From Rhina ancylostomus (Eukaryota): DNA of 64,000 nucleotides. The notes beneath the pieces were generated by a model. The model ran no database searches. It saw only the letters and a list, made by a program, of their open reading frames with translations, and had not been told where the DNA came from. Below, piece after piece: positions 1 to 11,962 of this stretch (positions are counted from its first letter, which is position 1; each line of letters starts with the position of its first letter). The DNA lies in contig JARFYF010000017.1 of the NCBI GenBank assembly GCA_030265395.1, positions 14,086,374 through 14,150,373 of the forward strand, in the 5' to 3' direction. The translations under genes and the position numbers were made by a program.

Positions 1-2704
1 ATGCGAAGTTTGGAAAATTCATGCTAGTAGGGAGTCAGGTGAGGCTTGCCACAATTGATGAGGTTTGCTGTCAATTGTAAATTGTGGCTAAGTCGGGAGA
101 AGAATGAGAACAGTTTGGACCCCTGCAGAGAGACAAATGCAGAAAAGTACAGCTAACTAAAGAAGAGGTGGCAAGAAAGTGAATACAAGTGATGATAAAC
201 AGGTCACAGATCCAGGGAAATGTGTTTCCCATGCCTATTAACATCTTACTCCAACATCTTTAAAGGTTCTAAGAGTTATTTTGAAGACAGTTCTATAGTT
301 TCCTAGTCAATATTTATCATTTAACTAAAAACACAAGGAACACTTAAAAAAATTTCTTCATTGATACTTTGCTGTCAATGGGACTTGCTATGAACAGAGT
401 GGCTGCCATTTTTCAGCATTACTAAAATAGCTTCAAACAAAGATTTTTAGATGACTATAGAATATTCAATTTCATGATATAAGGACAACAGTATTACATA
501 TATGCAAGTCTTTCTTTACATAAATAAAATTTTCCTGTTGAAACCTTATACGTCATTAGGGCTTGAAGATTTGATGCTTCAGGGTTTTTCCATTCAGTTT
601 TAATTAGTACTTTAGAAAAACATTTTTGGTTATAAAAATGTTCCATCAAGAAACTCATCAATTATCAGTCTATAAATGCAAGTAAATTGAAATTAGTAAT
701 GATAGCAACATATACATATTCAAAGTATACAGTTGTTAAAATTTACCATCCATCTACTTGCACACCATTGCATGCCACTGAACAGAGACTTCCAAAATCA
801 AAGGGATTGGTCAGTAGCCTGCATGTGTAATTTAAAAGCCACATGCAGTACTCTCAACAGAATGAAAGAGTAAATTCTGCATGGCTGACTTTATTACTGG
901 CACAGAGTTTCACAGGTGAAATAAACTTTTTTCCCCCCAAATAGCCCTTAAGTGATTTTCTGTTTTTAATTGTTTAAAACTGAAAAATTCAATGTTTAAC
1001 AATAATTCCAATTTATACTGAGCTTTCATTACTAATTATCTTCCTCTAGCTGATGTGAAGGGATGGGGTGGAAATTAAAAGAAATGTCAGCAATATAGCA
1101 TTCATAGATTATTCCACGAACAACACTGATACAATAGCCAGTTGAGAGCCATTCTAAATATTCAGTGCACCTGTTAGGTAAATGTGTAACCATGTTAAAA
1201 TGCACTGAAAATTGATTGTTCACCTTAAAGCAAATGAAGTCTATTTCAGTAACCCTTCTGATAATTGCAAATGCTCTCTGTAAACTTGTAAACAGCTAGA
1301 GTCAACCCCATTTCTAAGTTTCTCAAATTAACGGTCCTATTCAGAGAAACAAAAAAAACTTAAATATTAACTTCACATCATCCAGTTTTGAACAAAAAGT
1401 TCAGTTTCCTTTTACACATGGGGCTAGACCAAGGAGTTAACCTTTTATAATGAAACCCTTGTGATATAGTCACCAGTATTGTTCCACCAAGATGTGTGAC
1501 CACAATACTGAAGCTAATCGTTTGCTGTAGATTCTCTGCACGTTTTTTCCATGTCCACTTCTCAGTTAATTCATTAACAGTGCATATCCTGTCACAGCGA
1601 CAATTTTAAATGGCTGGTGACCTTGTTAATGGAAGTCCTATCATTACCCCTTAACTTCTTCCTCTGTTAAAGGCAACTGTGTTTGTGTCCTCATTTATTC
1701 TCTACCAGATCTTGAATCAATGTAACTACTATTTCAGTCTCTCCTCTGTTCCAAATCACTTGAGGTGCCAATCTTTAACTAGCTGTTAATATTTGCAGGC
1801 TTGAATGGATTGCCCACTTCTAAGCAGTAGCAATCGATGCACTGGAAAGAAACACTAGATGGTGCTCCAGCACCTGCAGAGCATTTTGCTGTCAGCCAAG
1901 AGCAGAAATATCCCACCAAATCAAAAGGCAACAATTGCATGGTTTACTGGCCATGAAAAGTCTTTAGAGTTCAGTTATCATAACATAGCCAACAGTTATC
2001 AAATGAAGATATCTCAGAAAAATATAAAAAGTTAGAAGACAGAAAGGACCGCTTGAGAGTTTTCACGCAGGCTCCTCTTTGGAACAGTCAGGTCATGTTT
2101 ACCCAAAGTTCATAACTTTGATTTCGTAGTTGGGTACATTGAAAAATGGGAACCGTTGTTACTTTAGTCAATTTAGAATCCTGTGAAAGAGCTCTAGGTA
2201 TGATGTGTTTTCTTGGCAAAGGAAAAAGGTCAGTTTTCAAACTTTTCCATGTGTATATTTGTATGATGGCTAAACTATGGACTAAACCAAGGAACTAGTG
2301 CAAGCATCAACTTAACAACCTAAGTCCAAACCTGATCAATGGTCTCCTTATCTTAAAACTTAATAGGCCATTTTCTGCTGTTACATTTGGAAATTTTTGA
2401 TCAAAAAATGCTTTTCCAAAACTTACAACACTTGAGACATGCCAACCCACTAACACATCCTCACACCAACACAGATGTGTTTAAGAGCACTTGTGGCAAA
2501 TGGAGAAATTTGTAGAATTTGTTGCAGGAATGTAAGAAATAGGAAGATGAGAAAGTCATCCTATAAATTGAGCCTGCTAGCTCTTCACTAAAATTGCAAC
2601 CAATTCATTTTGATGCCTGATTCCATCCTCTCACTTAATGTCAAAAAAACCCATTGATCCCAGTTATGTAATACTGTGACACACAAATCATTTGTCCTGT
2701 TCAT

Positions 2705-3230
2705 AACTGGTAGAGGATTTGAGTACAAAAGATGTTTTATTACATATGGTCTTGGTGAGACTTGGAATATTACATATGATTTTCATTCCCGTACCTATGA
2801 AAGCAAATACTTGTTAGAGGAAACGCAGCAAAGATTCACCAAGTTGTTTCTTACATTATCCGAGGACAGACGGAGTAAGCCAGCTTTCTACTCTCTAAAG
2901 ATGAGAAGAATGAGAGCTGCCCTCATTGAAACAAAATTCTTAGAGGGCTTCTCAGCACAGGTACAGAAAGGATGTTTCCTCTGGGTGAGGAGTCCAGAAT
3001 AATGCGTCACGGTCTCAAAGATTCAAGACTGGAAATCTCCACTCCAGAGAGCTTTGGAGTCTCAATTATTAACCAAATTCAAAATTACGATGGATTGATT
3101 TTTGTGTAACTGAGGAATCACGGATTCTAGGGTTAGGGCAAGAAAATCATTGAAGTAGAAGATATTGTGTAACATCGTGGAACAAGCTCAAGGGGCTGAA
3201 TGTCCTACTCTTGCACCTATTTCTATTCTT
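2705..3230 (+). mobile_element. Degenerate CR1-type LINE 3' fragment
   Basis: Decayed RT C-terminal sequence (QQRFTKL, YSLKMRRMR) and a ggctgaatg-cctactc 3' tail. Confidence 0.65.
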
Positions 3231-3288
3231 CTTACAAACCAGTGTGCTTAAAACAAGAAAAGAATTTGTTCATTAGCAGTGTACGCAC

Positions 3289-3505
3289 CTGAGNNNNNNN
3301 NNNNNNNNNNNNNNNNNNNNNNNNNNNNNNNNNNNNNNNNNNNNNNNNNNNNNNNNNNNNNNNNNNNNNNNNNNNNNNNNNNNNNNNNNNNNNGAGCAGT
3401 AGAACACACTCGTAATATTTCCTTTGAGGCTTCAGGAGGGGGAACAATTCTGTTGAAAAGTCCTGTTCTCAGTCGAGGTGTTGGGACCAACAATGTTTTC
3501 CTAGC
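3289..3505 (-). CDS. MTHFSD: MTHFSD coding exon 4 ([38 protein letters not shown]), interrupted by a probably spurious 100-N gap
   Basis: Acceptor tctag|GCT and motif [14 protein letters not shown]. The gap flanks overlap by gag; merging them gives a 114-nt exon ending CAG|gtgcgt. Confidence 0.92.
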
Positions 3506-4124
3506 CTAGAGAAGTAAAGAGGACACTATTGACATGCTGACACAAGTGCCTTGATGAATGTCATGTCTTGTCATGATGTCCACAAGCATTACACAACATT
3601 ATCACAGGTTGTGTTAAAAGATCTGTGGGATCTTCAACATTTCTACTAATTTTTCCCCCCAAAGAGTCTCTCCTTGCAGCTCTCCACCAATAAAACATTT
3701 TTACACATGATATAACAATTTTCTTTCTTTGTGAGCATTACATCTTTTTTTCCATTTTGCATTCTTAATCAAGCACATAGTTGTGCTACTTTATAATTCC
3801 TCTAGTATCCTCCTGGTCAATTCAGCAAATGGTAATCACTTTAAGCTTGGACTTTGAGCATCAAATGGGCTACCCAACTGGCTTGACAGCAGCGCCAAAC
3901 TGGCCCTTGTCCTCAAGGGCCACTGAATGATTATAAGGACAGTGCCATAACTGCGGGGAAGGACATAACTTCAGCTGTCTGCCATACACTTTTAATTTGA
4001 CTTTGGGTAAAGTTAATTCTCATTTATTTAAAAAGGTAAATAGTAACATTAGTTTAAAGGAATGAAGGCAGCTGCCAGACAAATGGAAGCAGGGTAGAAA
4101 CAACACAGTCATAAATGTTAATTA

Positions 4125-4880
4125 AGATAAAAGGACAAATGTAAAGTAATGCATTTTGGGAAGTTAAACCAGGCCAGGACATATACAGTGAATGACAGAG
4201 CCCTGGAGAGTGTTATTGGACAGCAAGAGCTTGGGGTACATAGTTGCATAGTTCCCTGAAAGTGGTGCCACAGGTAGACAGAGTGATAAAGGCGGCCTTC
4301 ATTGGCCTAGGCAATGAGTATAGGAGTCAGGATGTCAAGTTTCAGGTTGTGCAAATTATTGGTTAGGTCACAGTTGGAAACAACATGTGCAGTTCTAGTC
4401 ACCACATTATAGGAAGAATGTGATTAAGCGAGAGAAGGCATAGAAAAGATTCACAGGAATGTTGCCTGAACAGGAAGGCTTGAGTCATAAGAAGCTGGAA
4501 AGGCTAGGACTATTTTCCCTGGAGTGAAGGAGGCTGATGGACTACCTTATAAAGGTTTATAAAACTATGAGAGACATAGATAGTCAGTCTTTTTCCCAGG
4601 GTAGTGGAGTTCAAAACTAGAGAGTATAGCTTAAGAGGAGGAGAAGATTTAAAGGGGACTGAGGGGCAACATTTTCCACACAGTGGGTGGTGGGTATATG
4701 GAAAAAGCTGCCAGAGAAAGAGAGAGATGGGTACAATTACTACACTTACAAGACATCTGGATAAGTACACGAATAAGTTTAGAGGGATACGGGGCCAATG
4801 CAAACAAATGGGACTAGCATAGATAGGCATCATGGTTAGCATGGCCAAGTTGGGCTGAAGGGCCTGTTTCCATGCTGTTT
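4125..4880 (+). mobile_element. CR1 (HER1-like) LINE 3' fragment
   Basis: aaatgtaaagtaatgcattttgg at the start, decayed RT C-terminus, and tail gggctgaagggcctgtttccatgctgt. Confidence 0.85.
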
Positions 4881-6974
4881 AATAATCTATAATCCATGTT
4901 AATATCTTAATTGTATTTAAATTGCTTACTTAAACTAGCTAATTATTTGGATATTCTAATGGATCATGGTTCTAATGGATTGGAATAGAACAGAGCGCTT
5001 AAAGATTCCACTAATGATGATCTTTTGACCTTGAGCATGCCTTTAGTGGAAAAGTGGTTAGAAAACTGAGTGGTTCCTCAAAGAAAACAAGGAAACTTGG
5101 GGCACTTGTTCGGGAAAGGCCCTTGATCAGATTCATAAATAAGGACAAATCCATCTCTTTGCCCAAGAGAATATTGTTCCTGAAGGAAACGAGCAGTATA
5201 CTTCAGGTTGTGTGAGTCTTGCTTGCATGTTGCTGGTTGGGTTTGCAAGAACATTTGCGTGTATACTGGTATTTGCAGTTGTACTGGTGTGGGCATGAGC
5301 ATATATGGAGGAGAATAGGTGTGTGCGCGCGGATGTATCTGAACACGTTACTGTGTGCAATTATGTATGTTAGTGTGAACAATATAGCTGGTATGTGTAC
5401 TGGGTCTTGGTCTGTTCAGGTGACCATGTTAGTAAGTCCAAGGTATTGTAATGTGCAGTTGAATGTATTGGTATTTTAATGTGAAGGGCCACGATGGTTA
5501 TAAATCTAAATAAGAATAACAATTTTTAAAGAACAAAATAGACTACCAGCTTAAGTTATAACTCATTCCACAAACTGCACTTAAAAAGCAACGGGAAAGC
5601 TCACTGGAAAACAATTAACACAAAATAATTTACAAGTCAACAAGCATTAAACTCAAACCATGCATGCAGTTACTTTGGAAGCATGGAAACTTCAGGAAGG
5701 TTCCAAAGGACAAGTTCAAATCTTATGGTGATTGGTGACATCATAACATGATTATTTAGAATAATCCTTTAATGCCCTCAAAAGCTGCAGGTAACTTAAA
5801 CCAACAATACTGTGTTAACATGAGACAGTGTTAACACATTAATCTTTTGCATTGAAATAAACATTGCAAATGCCTTTGTACTTTAAGGCGAAAGGTTATT
5901 AAAATATTGATAGTATCTTACACATACTTTAAAATACTTACACATGGATTTTGTATATTCTGTTTTACTAGAGGAATTTTTGATTTCACTATGTCCAACC
6001 AATGCATTGTAATGCTCTGTGGAATTTGGGACTTATAGGATAAGACTGCTAAATTCACTCTAACCTTTGGTCAGTGAATGCAGGAAATCATTAAGGAGAG
6101 AGGGAATAAAATCTGGCTTTGGTATATGGTGAAATGTAACTGTTTCAACAGAATTGTAAAAATAGTAAGATTTTTGAGGACATATAGGCAAAGCAATTAA
6201 GTGCCTTGGTAACAAGAGCTGATGCCAGCTGCAGGTAGCTTATTTTACATAATGCAATATTGACAAACTTGACATGCTACCTATGTTTTTGGAAGTGTCT
6301 TCAGGATGCGAAGTGGGGTTAGATTGAAGCAATATTATATTCTTTTAAGTCCTTCTTCCATTTGAAGAGGGTAACCAGATATTGCAGCTGATTGACATTA
6401 CTGACTCAATGATGTCCATAAAATCGTCCAGTGTGCAAAGGCGTGAGGCTCTCCCTTTGATGTTCTTTACCTCCTCTTGTCACCATTTAACGAAGTAGAG
6501 GTGAAGCACTTTCCACAATGATATTTGCAGATTTGTGACCCTTTACTCCCCTTGGAATTTGATGTTGTCATATTCTTGTGTTTAATATCAGAGTAAATCA
6601 GATCTTCCAATGGGCAGAAAAGAAACAGGAATAGGATGAGTGCATTGCGCTACAAAGAGCTGACATGGACTCAATGAATGAAAGGGCCTCCTTCACTAGT
6701 GTAACAGTTCTGTGCTGTCTGAATTTTCATGTGGTATCACAGATGACAGGGTAATCATTACTACTTCATTCTACAGTCAAGTCTATGTTCAGGGTTCCCT
6801 TAAACAGGCCTGAAAATTAGAACCAAGATGGTGTGGCAGGAGTAACTAGGAACCATCAAACAACTGGATGTTGTTTGGAATTAGAGTACCCTTAAGAAGG
6901 AAAATGGAGAAGGGATGTAGTTGATCAGGATTTGTGGCCATCTCGCATAAGCATTCAATGAAAGTCAAAAAAAA

Positions 6975-8285
6975 CTTACAGCCACTGGAAATCTGAAATA
7001 AAAGCAGAAAATGTTGGAAACACTCAGCAGGTCAAGCAGCATTTATGGAAAGAGAAGAGAGTTAATGTTTTAGGTTGATGACCTTTCAGCATAACTGGAA
7101 TACAAATTAGTATTAAGTTACAGAGAAGGTTAGTGAAGGGATGGAAAGGACAAATAGGATAGGTCAGGATGTGATAGGATGAGATCATGGTTGCTGTGGA
7201 GATACCTTGTTATAGATCTCCAGTCAACTGGGCAATTAGAGGGCAGTCACGTGGACAAAGTGTACTGCGTTGCAATTTGCAGGGCTATGGGACATGCCCA
7301 GCAGACCAGGCTCTGCTAATGGAGAGAGTAAACCTGACCCAACATCACAGATGGATGAAAAACACGATGATGTTGGAGAAACTCAGTAGGCCAGGCAACA
7401 TCCATGGAGAAAAGCAAGCGGTCAATATTTGAAGTCAGGACCCCTCATCAGGACTTGACCCAAAACGCTGACCACCTGTTTTTCTCCATGGACATTGCCT
7501 GGCCTGCCAAGTTCCTCCACCATCATCGTGATTTTCATCGATGTTCCCACATCTGCAAGTCCTTTGTTTCTCTAGCATCACAGATGGATGAGTTAAAGCA
7601 GAAATGGCCAATTCTGGTACAGACAAAGAAAGCAAATTACCTGAGGTTGAAGAATTTGATATCGAGTCTGCGAGGTTGCACCTTGCCCAGATAGAACACG
7701 AGCTACTGTTCCTCAAGCTTGAGTTGGACCTCAACATTATAGTGCAGAATGTCACAGACAGATAACAAGGAGTGGGAGTGTGATGGAGAATTAAATTGGC
7801 AGGTGACATGGAGTTCAGGATCCCCCTTTGCACTGACATAGGTACTCCACACAGCATTCGACCAATCTGTATTTGGTTTCTCCAATGTTCAGGAGACCAC
7901 ATTGTGAACACTGAACAGGCCTTTGCTGCTGTAGGTCATCCATCCGTGAAATTGGTCCAGTTTTTTCTCTCTCCATTANNNNNNNNNNNNNNNNNNNNNN
8001 NNNNNNNNNNNNNNNNNNNNNNNNNNNNNNNNNNNNNNNNNNNNNNNNNNNNNNNNNNNNNNNNNNNNNNNNNNNNNNNNNNNNNNNNNNNNNATACAGC
8101 ACACCCCCAGAGGATCCCTGGCCACTGCCTAATTCAGCCCAGCCCCAACTGCCCCTGATAATAACTTGTTTACTTTCTTTCCCAATTTTAATTAATGGAT
8201 CGCAGACCTGAAATGTTAATTCTGTTTCTCTTTCCACAGATGTGGCGTGATCCGCTAAACATTTCCAGCATTTTTATGTTTGCAC
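6975..8285 (-). mobile_element. Penelope-like element remnant with GIY-YIG fragment and inverted terminal repeats
   Basis: Minus-strand CSQCGLLNIGETK...HFNSPSHS-like...KLEEQ peptides at about 7620-7930. Related terminal repeats lie in opposite orientation at about 6975-7100 and 8190-8280. Confidence 0.75.
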
Positions 8286-11200
8286 AATCATTTATTTCAG
8301 GCTGGCAGTCTAATGCAAGACCAATGAAGGGCAGTCCTTCAGATGAGCCATCAAACCCTAATTCACTTCCATGTAGAAATTAATGATTCCATGACTATTG
8401 TGAAGAAGGGAATTTTCTTGTATCACAACAGTGGCCACACTGCTTTAGCACTTGCACTTTAGCTTAAGATTGTGGAAGTGCTTTGAGAATACAAATTTAT
8501 CTACCTCTCTTATCAGCAGTTTTGCTACAAGGAAAAGCCAGTGCCTGCCACTCAATTACTGAAAATGTAGAACAATGACACGTGGCGCAAGATAATCACA
8601 AGCCTCACAGTTTACATCCAAACATTTCCTCCTCCTTCAAAGAAAAATATTCATGCTGTTCTTTTTGTCTGCTATTCTTTATGATGTAATGCATCATGAT
8701 AATTAATAAAACAAAAAAAAAAATCAGAAGAGATGAATTTTTGGCTCACCTGAATATTACTTTCCTTTCAAAGTACACATTAAGGTATTAGAAGGGTCAA
8801 AATGACTCACAGCAAACAAACAACAGGAGTTGTATTGTTACATGATAAAATTCAATAGAATATAACATGAAGGTATGGCAATACTGCTAGAAATATTTTA
8901 TACTTTATGGATCATAAACATTTCACAGACCCTATCAAAAACAATAACCATAATGATGTGGGTGCATTTAGAGTGTATTGAACTCCGGAGAGGTCCTTTT
9001 TTAAGTATCACATGCATAATGTAAAAATGTTATTCACTATTTAAATGTTGCAATGTTTCATAACTGAATTCACCCTAATATACACATAAGCATGCTTTTT
9101 ATGCAATTGACCTAGACACTGCACATTACCAGCAATAGCCTCTCTGTTACACTTGGGCACAATAAATTGCAAATGTGAACTGCTCACACTGCTTTAATCA
9201 GTCAGACTGAGTTTACTCCCATCAGGTTTAATTCAGCACATTCTATATCCCATTTATATAAATGTCTTAGGTTTAAATTTTTTGGCATGTTAAAAGCACA
9301 CTGTAATACTACTTATATCCTGACTAATCAGCCAATTTAATACCAATGGTACTCCTTTCTCTAAACAATTCCCCAAGAACAATTCATAGCATGTACTTTA
9401 TAGGTTACTGGTCCCCAGATGACTTGCACTGAAATTTTCCATGATAATTACGTTAGTGAACTGTGAGGTGNNNNNNNNNNTATGCACACATATATTACCG
9501 TGGCAGTAGGATGGCCTGGACCCCAAGGACAATGCAAAAACTTTCTGCAAGCAATTTGGAAGAATGAGTCCAGGCTGTAAACAACTAGTATGGGGTCTCT
9601 GTAAGTTCATACTGAAATACTTCCCTTGTCTGAGCCCATTTTTATTGCGAGGTCAAATCATCACGTATCAAGTCTTGCAGTAGTCAAACTGTTGATGGCA
9701 ATAAACCACTGTATATAACCACCCAAGTTGTAACACTGGTGTGCCTTGATGGATTATTTTCACTTGTGGAAGCGCACACTAACCGGTTGTTACTATTTAT
9801 CCTCAATTATGCATCCAAGATATCTTGCAGGAGAAAGGTATCACCTGACATTACCAGTGTATAAAAAGCAGACTGCAATATGAACACAAACATTTTTCAT
9901 TCCCTGCCGTCATGGTACAATGGATTCCAAAGGAAAATCAAACTTGATGATACAGCATTTCCTAAAACATTTTAAAGTACATCACTTGATAACCCAGCTT
10001 CAGAGATATGGTGACAATTACTTTGCAAGGAAACAAAGTTGTCATTCCAAACTGCTCAGAAACAGCATTGTAAATAGAAGCCCATAAATTTGTTCCCTAT
10101 CAGGGCTCCTGCTCTTGTTCCAATAGTGCCACATTTCCATTGTCCATCAGGCAGACTGGAGGCTAGGTCAATGTCTTAACCAATGGACGAGTCCTTGATC
10201 GACACAGCGCTAACTCAATTCTGCACTAGAGCATCAGCAAAGTTTACACGCTTAAGCCAAGGATGAGTCTTGAACCTACAACACGTCCAGAAACTCTAGT
10301 TCAAATGGGGTGCGCTTGACCAACGTTGTTCTAGTGTGTTAACGACAATTTTAGTTGAGAGCCTCCGACTACAAATTTCAGTTGTGCCCATGGGTGAAAA
10401 ATTACCAAACAGGATGGGGTTTGGGGGGTGGGGGATGGTGAGAGGAAGCAATGAGCACAGTGCAAGGATGAAATGTAACTGAGACTAAACCTGCAGGGAT
10501 GCCAATCTAGTGCTGTGCTACTAAAACATGGCTACATAGCTGTCCTAGTAAAGTTCAAAAGAAGTGTGGCTTGGAGAATGATACCATTCTATCCATGATT
10601 CTTAAGGAAATCAGTCCCGGTGATGTTCAACTCATGTCCATAAGTGCCAGGTTAAATATCTGGAGTAGCATGAAATGACACTCTGGAGAGAAAAATTGCA
10701 AAACACTAGATGAAAAAAAAATCAGTGTGTACAATTGAATTTCTACGCTACAATCTTTACAACCAAATATGCCAACAACTGAGGCAAAACCAAATTATTA
10801 CACTTGGAAAGTTTATAGTTTCTTTCAAGATACATCTCTGAAAATTACTTTGAATTATTGTTTGCATCCGATCACCACAATCTGCCCAAGCCACACAATT
10901 ATCTCCCCTGGAGATATTGACTTGATTTCCACTCATCAATATCTCACTCAGGAAGATGTTAATGATGCACGAGTCTTCTGAATAGTGATCACTTACTGAG
11001 TGATGATTGATAGACATCATGCCTGTGCCTAACCTTAGCTCATCTGTACAATGCACTTTTCCAAGAAAACTCATTGGATGAGTCCAGGAAATGTTTGCTG
11101 ATATTTTTCCATTCCAATTGGGGCCACAATAACTTGATCCCCAACAACAATCTCCAACCTTCAGCTGTACTGATAACCAAACTAAAATGGCTAGTGATTC

Positions 11201-11704
11201 CACCCCCCCCCCCCACCCTCAGCCTTCTTCATATGTATAGCACGATTTTATATTTTAAATAAACTGAGGCCTTGAAAGCACAAGGCAGCTGCTCATGTAT
11301 TTCTAAAAATCTGGCACAGGTGTTATTAAAAATTGGAATTATTGTTTTGTTTTAAAAACTAGGTTACATTGTGGTACCACATAAAATCATACACACAATT
11401 GTGGAATAATAATTAGATATTTTCAAATGCCTTAGAATGTGCTCATGAAATCCTGTATAACCAATTTCCAATTTCACGCACATCCTTTCCTGTTGAAGGA
11501 CTATCAAACATCCATGACTTAGATCTATTTTTAAGGGGGTAGCAGTCAATTATGTTGAGTTGTAAAATAGTTATTGGACATTGGGGCATCTACAGGTGTG
11601 TCCATGATGGGAATTTTTATAATAAATGTCTCCTGAACCAAAAAAGATCTTTTCAATTAAGGAGCATTAGTTAAAACTGCTGTGTTTAAGTACTTGACTA
11701 TTAC

Positions 11705-11818
11705 CTGGAGAGAGGCTAAGCGGACTCCTTCAAGTGGTTTGTCGGGATCCACCTTCAGTTCTCTTGCCTTGATGAAAAAATCTAGGCTTTTGATTTTATT
11801 GCAGGCATCGGATGCACC
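11705..11818 (-). CDS. MTHFSD: MTHFSD alternative exon 3b ([38 protein letters not shown])
   Basis: Acceptor aatgtag|GGT and donor CAG|gtaata; 114 nt, phase 0-0. [13 protein letters not shown] matches the canonical human isoform as I recall it. Confidence 0.92.
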
Positions 11819-11848
11819 CTACATTGACAATAAGAAACAAAAACTTAC

Positions 11849-11962
11849 TTCTAGAACAAGCAAACGGACATTTTCCTGTGGCTTGTCGGGATTTACTTTG
11901 ACAATCCGTGCGTTTTTGAACTCTCGGAGACTTGGCAAGTTTTCTGCAGCCTGAGCAGCTCC
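11849..11962 (-). CDS. MTHFSD: MTHFSD alternative exon 3a (GAAQAAENLPSLREFKNARIVKVNPDKPQENVRLLVLE)
   Basis: Acceptor aaacag|GGA and donor GAA|gtaagt; 114 nt, phase 0-0, open frame, with the KVxPDKP motif. Confidence 0.9.

Noticed and set aside
1032-1223. ORF with faint resemblance to MTHFSD exons 6-7 (IIYECYIADI...IPSHQLEED)
   Set aside because: The similarity is too weak, there are no fitting splice sites, and no exon 5 precedes it.
5078-5510. GT-rich intronic stretch with short ORFs and an acceptor-like site near 5506
   Set aside because: The in-phase frame stops after 9 codons, composition is low complexity, and there is no homology.
10757-11203. 148-aa minus-strand ORF with an internal ca|gtaagt donor-like site
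   Set aside because: No ATG start and no similarity to MTHFSD or any domain I recognise. A cryptic exon cannot be supported without RNA data.
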